Part shown: positions 1-28,911 of the stretch, piece by piece
Layout of the letters: each line of letters begins with the position of its first letter
How positions within the stretch are numbered: position 1 is the stretch's first letter
Origin: Tubiluchus corallicola
Taxonomy: Eukaryota; Animalia; Priapulida
NCBI GenBank assembly: GCA_030141605.1
Contig: JAQGDQ010000261.1
Span: 62,001 to 126,000, forward strand
DNA length: 64,000 nt
Direction of reading: 5' to 3'
Position numbers and translations under genes: made by a program
Notes under the pieces: model-generated
Database searches by the model: none
Told to the model about the DNA's origin: nothing
What the model saw: only the letters and a program-made list of their open reading frames with translations

Positions 1-692
1 TAGTTAACTAACACGATATATTTGTGAAATTTGTATTGTGAGGATCAAACTATAGCTTGTGAAGTATGTATTGTCAATGAATTGAATGAATAATTATTTG
101 TTTTGTTGTGGCCACATTTTAATCAAATCTTGTCTGTTTTTTATTGTTGGTTTGTGAACTTTAGAAATAGGAAATACGAATGACTAAATGAAAATGATTA
201 AATGTTCAAAGTAGTGAGACACAAACAATTAAAGAAATACATATCGAGGTTTACTTTAGAAATGAATGATCGCACAACCCTATCTTAACGACAATCATAA
301 AAAGATTATGATTATGAAACGCTCTGACAGTTTCAGTCCTGTTACAAATAGATAACCAGGTTGACGTGCCATAGGTTTCTCCCCTGAGTTTTATTAACGT
401 AAAAGTCACATACAATAAAACAAATTTTCGATACCTACCTACCTAAATGCCTACCTACCTAACTATATACCTCTCTGCCTACTTTAATGCCTTCCTACCC
501 ATCTACCTGCCTATTTTCCCTGTTGCCTGCCTACCTATGTACTTTCTTCAATATCAAACACAAACCTACATGCCTATAAACCACCACAAACAAACCCACC
601 AAAAGGGCAAAAAATCAGAACCACAAAACACCCGTTCACTCACATGGCGACCCACAAATCAGTTAACTGTATTTTTCGTAATTTTGTTTCAG

Positions 693-17434
<16,742 letters not shown>

Positions 17435-18977
17435 ATCAAATGTGAGAGTGGCAATCAATTCACCAACTTTGATATCACATGCTCTCAAGGAAATATTAAA
17501 CGAAGTTTTTTCAGTTCAGTCTGATATAAGAATTTAATTTTTAGTACGATATTGAAGCCTTTGGTGTAGTAGTGTGCACGTTTATTGTATACTAAACATA
17601 GCAAACAATTAATATACTTAATATCTTTTTTTCGCTTAAGTGGTGGGTAACATTGTTCCACTCCTCAATGTCAAAAATGAATCAGAAACTAATAAGCAAC
17701 TCAAATAGAAAACAGACAGAGTTACAATTTTTTACAATAGCTGAGCTCAAGTGTCTCTTGCTGCTCATTAGGTTGGATACTAATAAATTTCGTAATGTCT
17801 TTGGTTTTTTGCTAATATCGCTGATTCTACTATTGATTTTGATGTCGTTAATGTCGTTACTCTGCTTTGAGATAGCCTACTGACTACTGGCGTAGCCTGG
17901 TCGAAATAGCTTGATGCTTGACGAAGGAAGGTTATGGCGTGATATTTTTTATACGTCATGGGGCGAATAGAAATACTACCTTCTGTAAAAAATCTACACT
18001 AATTGTTGTACATTTCTGAGTTTTTTGTACGTGACAATAATTTACGTTAATACAGTCATGTGGCACTTTTAGTTACGTTTCTGCCACCAGGTAGCGCTGA
18101 TGAACAAAAGCTGCCAACAAGTGCATTAACAAAAATCTTGTAATGTCATTTTCGTTGATTGTGCATACAATGTAGCGAAAAATGAGAATAAACCTAAAAA
18201 AGCTACAAAATTAAAAATGTGCAACGCTTCTTTCAAATACATTTGTTTACGTAAATTTTCATTTTGCTTCTTTGGCTTTTTATGTTCGTTTATTTGTTTG
18301 TTTACAATTGGTTTCCATGGTACAGAATTTTAATGAAGTACCTATACACACACACGCACGCACGCACGCACACACACACACACACATATATAGCACCTAT
18401 ATATATATATATAGCAGCACTATATATATCTAGCATATGTTGACCGTGTGAGGAAAACTTAATATGTCAGGAAGACTTCTTAACTAGTCGATTCACCAAT
18501 GTTGTATAAAAAATGCAAGTTTCATTACAACAACTTTTACAAAAAATGCTTATTTATTGAGGTTTCTGTAAAATCCTCAAAATTTTCACATATATTGCTA
18601 CTGACTTGATTAGATTTTAAAAACCCAGAAGTACTAAGGTTCTAGAAGGTGTTTAGAAGACAAAATAATTGTGTTAAAATAATTTATATATACATCGTGG
18701 TGTTGTATTAATGTTACAACAAAATTAATGTTAGGCTATATGACTACATTTCGTTTGATATATGTATCGACAAAAATGATGCAGTCGTTGGTGGTGTAGC
18801 CTCGAATCTTATACACAAATAAATAAATATATATATAAATCCAGATACCATTGAAATTAATATATAGATTGCATATGCTGCAATCAATCAGACCAGCAAG
18901 TACACTCACTGGAGTCCAAGGCATGGTTTATTCAGTACACGAATTACTGAAGAGAATTACTATTCTGTCGGGTGTTT

Positions 18978-19045
18978 AACTTAAACTTAACTTAACTTAA
19001 CTTAACTTAACTTAACTTAACTTAACTTAACTTAACTTAACTTAA
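18978..19045. repeat. (CTTAA)n pentanucleotide microsatellite
   Basis: Seen directly. Confidence 0.95.
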
Positions 19046-21318
19046 ACAAGTTTAACTCTGAACTATTCCATAGCGTTACATTTTGATAGTGCTTGATAAG
19101 CTTCTGGAAACGTTGAGGAAGACTTTATTGGCTAAACCATCTAGCTTCTCCAAGTGTTTAGTACGAGTGGTACGTCAATTGTAATGTTGCCTCTTTGTGT
19201 AACTTTAGAAATATACAAGTGGCAATGTGTTGACTAGCAAAATATTCAACTGGCGAAACGTGCACTGGCCTAAACTGGCGAAGTGTGTACTGAGAAAATC
19301 TACAGCTGGCAAACTGGTGTTCTGGAAAACATATTGGTTACTTGGCGGAAGGTTACAAAAGGAGTAGAGGACTAGATCTCCACAACAACTGGTGAAATGC
19401 CTCCAGGATTTAACATGTAGGCAGCTCCTTATCCTTAACATTTACTGCAATTTACGCCAATTCTTATAGTTTTAGGTTTATCAGATGCTTATCCAACATG
19501 TAACGCCAGCCAGTTTTTACTGTGTTATTCTGAGAAAACTCGTAAGTATTTGCTGTTGCTATTGAAAATACTGTGCATTGTGGAAATGAAGGCAAACTAG
19601 ATTCATGGTTCTGTGTAGTGATTTCTTCCAAGATAATTATCATTTGCGACACAATGACGAACTACACTGCATGCACGCACAATTATACACGATACATTTA
19701 AAAGAACACAGCATTGTATAAAAATTTAAAAAACACTGAGCTATATTATAACACGCACGCACACAACTGCCTTCCATTGTACAGGGGTGATACGTGAATT
19801 TCCTATAATAATAATTTAATAATTTAAGTATTGAGACTTTGTAATTTAACCTAATTGGGAGGTAGAATTCTTGTGATTTAATCAATTTTAATGTTAAACT
19901 TGGACTGTTTAATTAATTGGAGATTAAATTTTCAAAATCAACCCTGAATTATCAAATGCACAACGTGATAAAGATGACAGAATTGCTCAATTGTAAGAAT
20001 TTACTAGAGATATACAAACTGATATAGTGAACAACTATTGGAGCAAAAAACAGATTTTAGGTAGGATCTTAGCTCAAATAACGAAAGAACGTAAACAATT
20101 GAAAGCCTCCAAAAAGACTTAGACTTAAAGCTTCAATACTAAACCAAATTAAATCAGAAATTTTCATAAGTCAGTTTGGTAAACATTGACAGTTGAAGCG
20201 CAGACAATACCATTATTTTCCGGGACGATGACATTTCCTTTAGAGATCTTATTACGAACATTTGAACGTGCTACAGTTTTAACAGTTCACTTGCCCAACC
20301 TAATTATAATGAACCAAGCAAATTTTTATTGTTGAAATATTTCAATTCTGCTATCCCTGTTAAAGATTGTAAATGTTAATTTTATAGTCAATGAACCACT
20401 ACTACTCCTAGTTAGTTAATATGCGCCTCCCGGACACCAATTTTCAATGTGAAATTGAGACAATTGAGACAAATTGGGACAAAATGGGAATTCGTTTGAA
20501 TTTCTTCAAATAGATGGCGCTGACGCAAATTTCACGTACGCGCCGTAGATTCGCCACACCGCCACATTTGAAATGCGTTTGTCACAAATTATTTACATTT
20601 GGTGTGAAATTTTTACCATTTTTTCGAGAGAGAAACATGAGAACTCGACAGCAAACGGTAAGCAAATTTATTTCCGACTTTCTGACACGCAATAGCGGGC
20701 CAGCGCTCCATAAATGCGAACAGTATGAGCGCTTCGGTACAGTAGCCCTATAATATTTTTTATCATTAAAGTTTGTCGCCGAGTTAAATTATTCTGACTG
20801 TTAATACGTTAACAAAACGGCTCAGTTAGCACTCGAGGGTCGTTCAGCAGTGTGTTATAATAGTGAAAAAGTGAAATAATAGAGCAAAAACAATGCAAAC
20901 ATTGAAGTCATGTTGAGCTAGCCTAGTAGTACCAGAGAGTCAGTTTGGGAGATAAAAATTGATGAGCCACTAACATAACTCGTGTGCACTTGTGTGAAGG
21001 TGTTGTAATTATGTATACTAAATACTATATTTTTTATAGCACGTACTGTGCGTGTTGTGCTAGACGACATAGCACAACGTGGTCAACTACAACATGTACC
21101 ACCCCCGGTTGAGCCAGTTGTCGTGAGTAAGCCAAGCACGAGTCAGCTAAGGCCAGCTGGTCCTCAGGTTAATTCTATTTTTTTTTTGTACCTCAAGTGT
21201 TCTTTCTAATTTTTAGAAACTGTAATTTTTAGAAACTGCACTTTAGAAACTGACTATAGTATGACTATGTTGAATATAGTGTTTATATGATTTTAACGCT
21301 GGTTTTATTTCTCTATAG

Positions 21319-21980
21319 AGTCTCTTGCCTTCAGCTTGGAAAGAAGCCATACCAAAGAGGGAACAGGCCTGGGTCTCTAAGGCTGTTTTCATCATTGGAC
21401 CTGGTGGTAAATGGCAGTTGAAGCCGAACATCCAGATGTGGGTTCATCCACCACAACCTCTAATGATTCATAATCAGCCACCAGCGTCCACGGCTCTGTT
21501 TTTTGCAAGACCATTATTTCTTTGGATGCCATTTCGTTTCTGGAAGGTGAGACTGCAGTGTGTAAAACCTGACCGAGTAGGACAAATGGCTCTTTGTGGA
21601 TATTAAAAGACAGTTCGCCAAGTAGTCGATGTGGATGGCACCTTTTTTCTTGCTACTGACTATCTGGAATGTAGAGTATGCCATACCAAAGTTGCAGCAT
21701 GGTGCCCAGGAATACTACAACAAATCGATGTAGGCCATCGTCCGCAGTTTCCTGCACTGCTAACATACAGGTATGCATGTAGCAAGCGTCTTCTGATGAT
21801 GGATTCCACGTGTGCAGAAGGTGCTGGATTGACGGAGATGGCTGCTGGACGGATGAGACGTTACAGCGAGGCGAACCAAGATCCGCCACATCTGATGTAC
21901 GTAGACAGGGATTGCTGTTCATCGACAGGAACAAGGAGTAAGACACATGCCATGTTTCACTTGTGGAAGAACCTGATTGT
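21319..21980 (+). pseudogene. DUF6729-like / DDE transposase pseudogene fragment (copy 1)
   Basis: W.HPPQP, LFLWMP..FWKV.L.C, GY*KTVRQVVDVDG..LATDYLEC..C, QFPALLTYRYAC, MDST, EGAGL..MA.G..RY, LMYVDRDCC; stop and deletions. Confidence 0.75.
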
Positions 21981-22224
21981 TTTTTGTATTTGTATTGTAT
22001 TGTTTTATATTTTGTATTATTTTTTGCTGTGCACAGTTTTTTGGGGGTTTTTTAATATTTTTTTCTGCCCCCACCAAACCAACTACCAAACACTACTAGC
22101 TATAGCTCATTTTCATTCCCTTCCCATCCATGCAGTTTTTATTTTTTTTCTGCCATGCTGTGAACTGTATAACTTGTATATCTGTATTTTTTTCTGCACT
22201 GTATTCTTTAAATTATATGCTTAG

Positions 22225-22856
22225 TACAGTTTTTTGCTTAAACATGTAAATCTGTATTTTTTCTGCACTGTATTTTGACTGTAATGTTTCTGTAATTTGT
22301 GGTTTTCATTTATATTGTGATTGTGGTTTCATTCTAACCAGAAGTACAGTTTTTTTGCTTAAACATGTAAATCTGTATTTTTTCTGCACTGTATTTTGAC
22401 TGTAATGTTTCTGTAATTTGTGGTTTTCATTTATATTGTGATTGTGGTTTCATTCTAACCAGAAGTACAGTTTTTTTGCTTAAACATGTAAATCTGTATT
22501 TTTTCTACACTGTATTTTGACTGTAATGTTTCTGTAATTTCTGGTTTTCATTTATATTGTGATTGTGGTTTCATTCTAACCAGAAGTACAGTTTTTTTGC
22601 TCAAACATGTAAATCTGTATTTTTTCTGCAGTGTATTTTGACTGTATAATGTTTCTGTAATTTCTGGTTTTCATTTATATTGTGATTGTGGTTTCATTCT
22701 AACCAGAAGTACAGTTTTTTTGCTTAAACATGTAAATCTGTATTTTTTCTGCACTGTATTTTGACTGTATAATGTTTCTGTAATTTGTGGTTTTCATTTA
22801 TATTGTGATTGTGGTTTCATTCTAACCAGAAGTACAGTTTTTTTGCTTAAACATGT
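22225..22856. repeat. ~121-bp tandem repeat (about 5 units) inside copy 1
   Basis: Unit CTGTATTTTGACTGTAATGTTTCTG...CAGAAGTACAGTTTTTTTGCTTAAACATGTAAAT repeated. Confidence 0.93.
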
Positions 22857-24427
22857 AGTATAAATGTAGTTTTTAAAACTGTCTATCTTGTTCTATCAGA
22901 TAATAAAATAGAATAGTAAAATAAAATAAAATAAAATCAGTAGTATAGTTATAAAAATGTTTAAAACCTTAAAAATAAAACCTTATAACCTTACAATGTT
23001 GTTTTCTTGTCTATGTTAGAATTGATTTTGCTGAATAAATAAATTATACACAGTATATAAAGTGCCAAATAGCACCAGAAACTTGTGAAAAGTAGTTTAT
23101 GCACGTTCAATTATGCATTCAAAAAAATTACAGACATTAACTGAATTAAAACGTTACATTCTGATTATGTTGAATGAGTTGCAAGGCACAAACTGTTAAA
23201 AATGAATTACAAGGTGAATTACTGTGAGAATTACCACATAAACAGGTATTCAATGCATCTACTAAACGTACGAAAAGCTATACTATTGCTTATGCTCAAT
23301 AAATTACCTTCGTCTGCTGACACGCCCGTGCTGTAACGAGGGGCCCCGGGTTCGCACACCGCTGCGGCGAAACTTTTTCACCTCGCACAAAAGTAGCGCG
23401 ATTTTTTTATCAACGCGCGTACGGGACGAAGGAAGGTCCGAGCATGAAGTTCCACCGATTTCGGCTCGAATCCGCGCGAAAAAAAGTGACCTCGGCAGGA
23501 CGCGAACCCGCAACCCTTTGCGTGCGACAGAGAAGATTGGGCGGGTGCCTTAGGCGCCTCCCGGACACCAATTTTCAAGGTGAAATTGAGACAAAATGGG
23601 AATTCGTTTGAATTTCTTCAAATAGATGGCGCTGACGCAAATTTCACGCACGCGCCGTAGATTCGCCACACCGCCACATTTGAAATGCGTTTGTGACAAA
23701 TTATTTACACTTTGTGTGAAATTTTTACCATTCTTTCGAGAGAGAAACATGAGAACTCGACAGCAAACGGTAAGCAAATTTATTTCCGACTTTCTGACAC
23801 GCAATAGCGGGCCAGCGCTCCATAAATGCGAACAGTATGAGCGCTTCGGTACAGTAGCCCAATAATATTTTTTATCATTAAAGTTTTTCGCAGAGTTAAA
23901 TTATTCTGACTGTTAATACGTTAACAAAACGGCTCAGTTAGCGCTCGAGGGTCGTTCAGCAGTGTGTTATAATAGTGAAAAAGTGAAATAATAGAGCAAA
24001 AACAATGCAAACATTGAAGTCATGTTGAGCTAGCCTAGTAGTACCAGAGAGTCAGTTTGGGAGATAGAAATTGATGAGCCACTAACATAACTCGTGTACA
24101 CTTGTGTGAAGGTGTTGTAATTATGTATACTAAATACTATATTTTTTATAGCACGTACTGTGCGTGTTGTGCTAGACGACATAGCACAACGTGGTCAACT
24201 ACAACATGTATCACCCCCGGTTGAGCCAGTTGTCGTGAGTAAGCCAAGCACGAGTCAGCTAAGGCTAGCTGGTCCTCAGGTTAGTTCTATTTTTTTATAC
24301 CTCATGTGTTCTTGCTAATTTTTAGAAACTGTAATTTTTAGAAACTGCACTTTAGAAACTGACTATAGTATGACTATGTTGAATATAGTGTTTATATAAT
24401 TTTAACGCTGGTTTTATTTCTCTATAG

Positions 24428-25090
24428 AGTCTCTTGCCTTCAGCTTGGAAAGAAGCCATACCAAAGAGGGAACAGGCCTGGGTCTCTAAGGCTGTTTTCA
24501 TCATTGGACCTGGTGGTAAACGGCAGTTGAAGCCGAACATCCAGATGTGGGTTCATCCACCACAACCTCTAATGATTCATAATCAGCCACCAGCATCCAC
24601 GGCTCTGTTTTTTGCAAGACCATTATTTCTTTGGATGCCATTTCGTTTCTGGAAGGTGAGACTGCAGTGTGTAAAACCTGACTGCGTAGGACAAATGGCT
24701 CTTTATGGATATTAAAAGACAGTTCGCCAAGTAGTCGATGTGGATGGCACCTTTCTTCTTGCTACTAACTATCTGGAATGTAGAGTATGCCATACCAAAG
24801 TTGCAGCATGGTGCCCAGGAATACTACAACAAATCGATGTAGGCCATCGTTCGCAATTTCCTGCACTGCTAACATACAGGTATGCATGTAGCAAGCGTCT
24901 TCTGATGATGGATTCCACGTGTGCAGAAGGTGCTGGATTGACGGAGATGGCTGCTGGACGGATGAGACGTTACAGCGAGGCGAACCAAGATCCGCCACAT
25001 CTGATGTACGTAGACAGGGATTGCTGTTCATTGACAGGAACAAGGAGTAAGACACATGCCATGTTTCACTTGTGGAAGAACCTGATTGTT
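24428..25090 (+). pseudogene. DUF6729-like transposase pseudogene fragment (copy 2)
   Basis: Same motifs, same TAA and deletions as copy 1. Confidence 0.75.
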
Positions 25091-25289
25091 TTTTTGTATT
25101 TGTATTGCATTGTTTTATATTTTGTATTATTTTTTGCTGTGCAGTTTTTTGGGGTTTTTTTAATATTTTTTTCTGCCCCCACCAAACCAACTACCAAACA
25201 CTACTAGCTATAGCTCATTTTCATTCCCTTCCCATCCATGCAGTTTTTATTTTTTTTCTGCCATGCTGTGAACTGTATAACTTGTATAT

Positions 25290-25776
25290 CTGTATTTTTT
25301 CTGCACTGTATTTTGACTGTGTAATGTTTCTGTAATTTCTGGTTTTCATTTATATTGTGATTGTGGTTTCATTCTAACCAGAAGTACAGTTTTTTTGCTT
25401 AAACATGTAAATCTGTATTTTTTCTGCACTGTATTTTGACTGTGTAATGTTTCTGTAATTTCTGGTTTTCATTTATATTGTGATTGTGGTTTCATTCTAA
25501 CCAGAAGTACAGTTTTTTTGCTTAAACATGTAAATCTGTATTTTTTCTGCACTGTATTTTGACTGTGTAATGTTTCTGTAATTTCTGGTTTTCATTTATA
25601 TTGTGATTGTGGTTTCATTCTAACCAGAAGTACAGTTTTTTTGCTTAAACATGTAAACCTGTATTTTTTCTGCACTGTATTTTGACTGTGTAATGTTTCT
25701 GTAATTTCTGGTTTTCATTTATATTGTGATTGTGGTTTCATTCTAACCAGAAGTACAGTTTTTTTGCTTAAACATG
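25290..25776. repeat. ~122-bp tandem repeat (about 4 units) inside copy 2
   Basis: Same unit with a copy-specific GACTGTGTAATG variant in all units. Confidence 0.93.
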
Positions 25777-26844
25777 TAGTATAAATGTAGTTTTTAAAAC
25801 TGTCTATCTTGTTCTATCAGATAATAAAATAGAATAGTAAAATAAAATAATAATAAAATGGAAAATAAAATAAAATCAGTAGTATAGTTATAAAAATGTT
25901 TAAAACCTTAAAAATAAAACCTTATAACCTTACAATGTTGTTTTCTTGTCTATGTTAGAATTGATTTTGCTGAATAAATAAATTATACACAGTATATAAA
26001 GTGCCAAATAGCACCAGAAACTTGTGAAAAGTAGTTTATGCACGTTCAATTATACATTCAAAAAAATTACAGACATTAACTGAATTAAAACATTACATTC
26101 TGATTATGTTGAATGAGTTACAAGGCACAAACTGTTAAAAATGAATTACAAGGTGAACTACTGTGAGAATTACCACATAAACAGGTATTCAATGCATCTA
26201 CTAAACGTACGAAAAGCTATACTGTTGCTTATGCTCAATAAATTATCTTCGTCTGCTGACACGCCCGTGCTGTAACGAGGGGCCCCGGGTTTGCACACCG
26301 CTGCGGCGAAACTTTTTCACCTCGCACAAAAGTAGCGTGATTTTTTATCAATGCGCGTACGGGACGAAGGAAGGTCCGAGCATGAAGTTCCACCGATTTC
26401 GGCTCGAATCCGCGCGAAAAAAGTGACCTCGGCAGGACGCGAACCCGCAACCCTTTGCGTGCGACAGAGAAGATTGGGCGGGTGCCTTTGCGCCTCCCGG
26501 ACACCAATTTTCAATGTGAAATTGAGACAAAATGGGATTTCGTTTGAATTTCTTCAATTAGATGGCGCTGACGCAAATTTCACGCACACGCCGTAGCTTC
26601 GCCACACCACCACGTTTGAAATGCGTTTGCAACAAATTATTTACATTTTTTGTGAAACTTTTGCCATTCTTTCGAGAGAGAAACATGAGAAATCGACGGC
26701 AAACGGTAAGCCAATTTATTTCCGACTTTTTGACACGCAATAGCGGGCCAGCGCTCCATAAATGCGAACAGTATGAGCATTTCGGTACAGTAGCCCAATA
26801 ATATTTTTTATCATTAAAGTTTGTCGCCGAGTTAAATTATTCTG

Positions 26845-27051
26845 CGCCATTAATTAAAGAATGTACCAGCTTTGTCTCAAACACCAAGACGACAAGAATA
26901 AATTTAACAACTTTATTATAACTCGCAAAGCAACGAGGTTGTAACTAGAAAGATGAGCGCAACCGGGAAAAACAAAGAGGTTGAAAACAAAAGAGCAACT
27001 TTGCAAAAGTAGTAAAGTTGATAAAACTAACAACACGCATGTATACTGGCG
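26845..27051. mobile_element. 207-bp segment unique to copy 3, possible MITE
   Basis: Absent from copies 1/2; CGCCA...TGGCG ends, flanked by CTG on both sides. Confidence 0.5.
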
Positions 27052-27527
27052 CTGATTGTTAATACGTTAACAAAACGGCTCAGGGTCGTTCAGCAGTGTG
27101 TTATAATAGTGAAAAAGTGAAATAATAGAGCAAAAACAATGCAAACATTGAAGTCATGTTGAGCTAGCATCGTACCAGAGAGTCAGTTTGGGAGATAGAA
27201 ATTGATGAGCCACTAACATAACTCGTGTGCACTTGTGTGAAGGTGTTGTAATTATGTATACTAAATAATATATTTTTTTATAGCACTTACTGTGCGTGTT
27301 GTGCTAGAAGACATAGCACAACGTGGTCAACGTGGTTGAGCCAGTTGTCGTGAGCAAGCCAAGCACGAGTCAGCTAAGGCCAGCTGGTCCTCAGGTTAGT
27401 TCTAATTTTTTTGTACCTCATGTGTTCTTGCTAATTTTTAGAAACTGCACTTTAGAAACTGACTATAGTATGACTATGTTGAATATAGTGTTTATATAAT
27501 TTTAACACTGGTTTTATTTCTCTATAG

Positions 27528-28325
27528 AGTCTCTTGTCTTCAGCTTGGAAAGAAGCTATACCAAAGAGGGAACAGGCCTGGATCTCGAAGGCTGTTTTCA
27601 TCATTGGACCTGGTGGTAAATGGCAGTTGAAGCCGAACATCCAGATGTGGGTTCATCCACCACAACCTCTAATGATTCGTAATCAGCCACCAGCATCCAC
27701 GGCTCTGTTTTTTGCAAGACCATTATTTCTTTGGATGCCATTTTGTTTCTGGAAGGTGAGACTGCAGTGTGTAAAACCTGACTGCGTAGGACAAATGGCT
27801 CTTTGTGGATATTAAAAGACAGTTCGCCAAGTAGTCAATGTGGATGGCACCTTTCTTCTTGCTACTGACTATCTGGAATGTAGAGTGTGCCATACCAAAG
27901 TTGCAGCATGGTGCCCAGGAATACTACAGCAAATCGCTGTAGGTCATCGTCCGCAGTTTCCTGCACTACTAACATATCTGTTGCCACGTGTGCAGAAGGT
28001 GCTGGATTGACGAAGATGGCTGCTGGACTGATGACATGTTACAGCGAGGCGAACCAAGATCCGCCACATCTGATGTACGTAGACAGGGATTGCTGTTCAT
28101 CGACAGGAACAAGGAGTAAGACATATGACATGTTTCACTTTTGGAAGAACCTGATTGTTCAGCTAGATATCTACCACTTCATTAGAAGAATAGGATCCTG
28201 TGCTCTCGAGTCTCATCCGCTCTATGCACAATTCATGAGGCAAATCTCAGCAGCCATATTCGAGTGGGATGACCAAGACGTGCATAAACTCATCGCAGCC
28301 AAACGGTCGGAGCTGGAGTTCAGTT
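27528..28325 (+). pseudogene. DUF6729-like transposase pseudogene fragment (copy 3), retains DxxH region
   Basis: YVDRDCC...QLDIYHFIRRI..C..ESHPLY..FM..IS..IFEWD..D...L..AKRSEL. Confidence 0.78.
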
Positions 28326-28911
28326 GTAAACTTTGTATTGTATTTTTATATTTTGTATTATTTTATTTCTTGCTGTGCTCAGTTTTTTGGGTTTTTTTTT
28401 AATATTTTTTTCTGCCCCTACCAAACCAAATACCAAACATTACTAACTATAACTCATCATCCATGCAGTTCTGCCATGCTGTGAACTGTATAACTTGTAT
28501 ATCTGTATTTTTTCTGCACTGTATTCTTTAAATTATATGGTTAGTGCAGTTTTTTTGCTTAAACATGTAAATGTGTATTTTTTCTGCACTGTATTTTGAC
28601 TGTAATGTTTCTGTAATTTATGGTTTTCATTTATATTGTGATTGTGGTTTCATTCTAACCAGAAGTGCAGTTTTTTTGCTTAAACATGTATATCTGTATT
28701 TTTTTGCACTGCATTTTGACTGTAATGTTTCTGTAATTTGTGGTTTTCATTTATATTGTGATTGTGGTTTCATTCTAACCAGAAGTGCAGTTTTTTTGCT
28801 TAAACATGTATATCTGTATTTTTTTGCACTGTATTTTGACTGTTGTTGTTGGTTGTTGTTGTTGTTGGCATCCTTCTGTCTCGAAAGACAATGGATTGTG
28901 CGCCAAGAGAG

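Larger units (their letters stand above)
20422..23551 (+). mobile_element. Putative DNA transposon with DUF6729-like transposase remnant, tandem copy 1
   Basis: Starts TGCGCCTCCCGGACACCAA, ends GATTGGGCGGGTGCCTT; highly similar to the next two copies; pseudo-exons 21040-21167 and 21319-~21980. Confidence 0.8.
23552..26488 (+). mobile_element. Same putative transposon, tandem copy 2
   Basis: Direct head-to-tail junction GGTGCCTT|AGGCGCCTCC; same deletions as copy 1. Confidence 0.8.

Noticed and set aside
19860-20420. Coding-like sequence left of the array
   Set aside because: Multiple stops, no recognisable family, and it does not continue the ORF at 34047.
20514-20753. 79-aa ORF repeated three times (MALTQISRTRR...)
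   Set aside because: Lies in the element's terminal region; recurrence reflects DNA duplication and no domain is recognisable.
22225-22856. Regular repeats as a CRISPR-like array
   Set aside because: Units are near-identical along their full length with no unique spacers; eukaryotic context, no cas genes.
23550-23552. TTA at junction 1/2 as a PIF/Harbinger TSD
   Set aside because: Not reproduced at the other junction or outer flanks, and the protein is not Harbinger-like.
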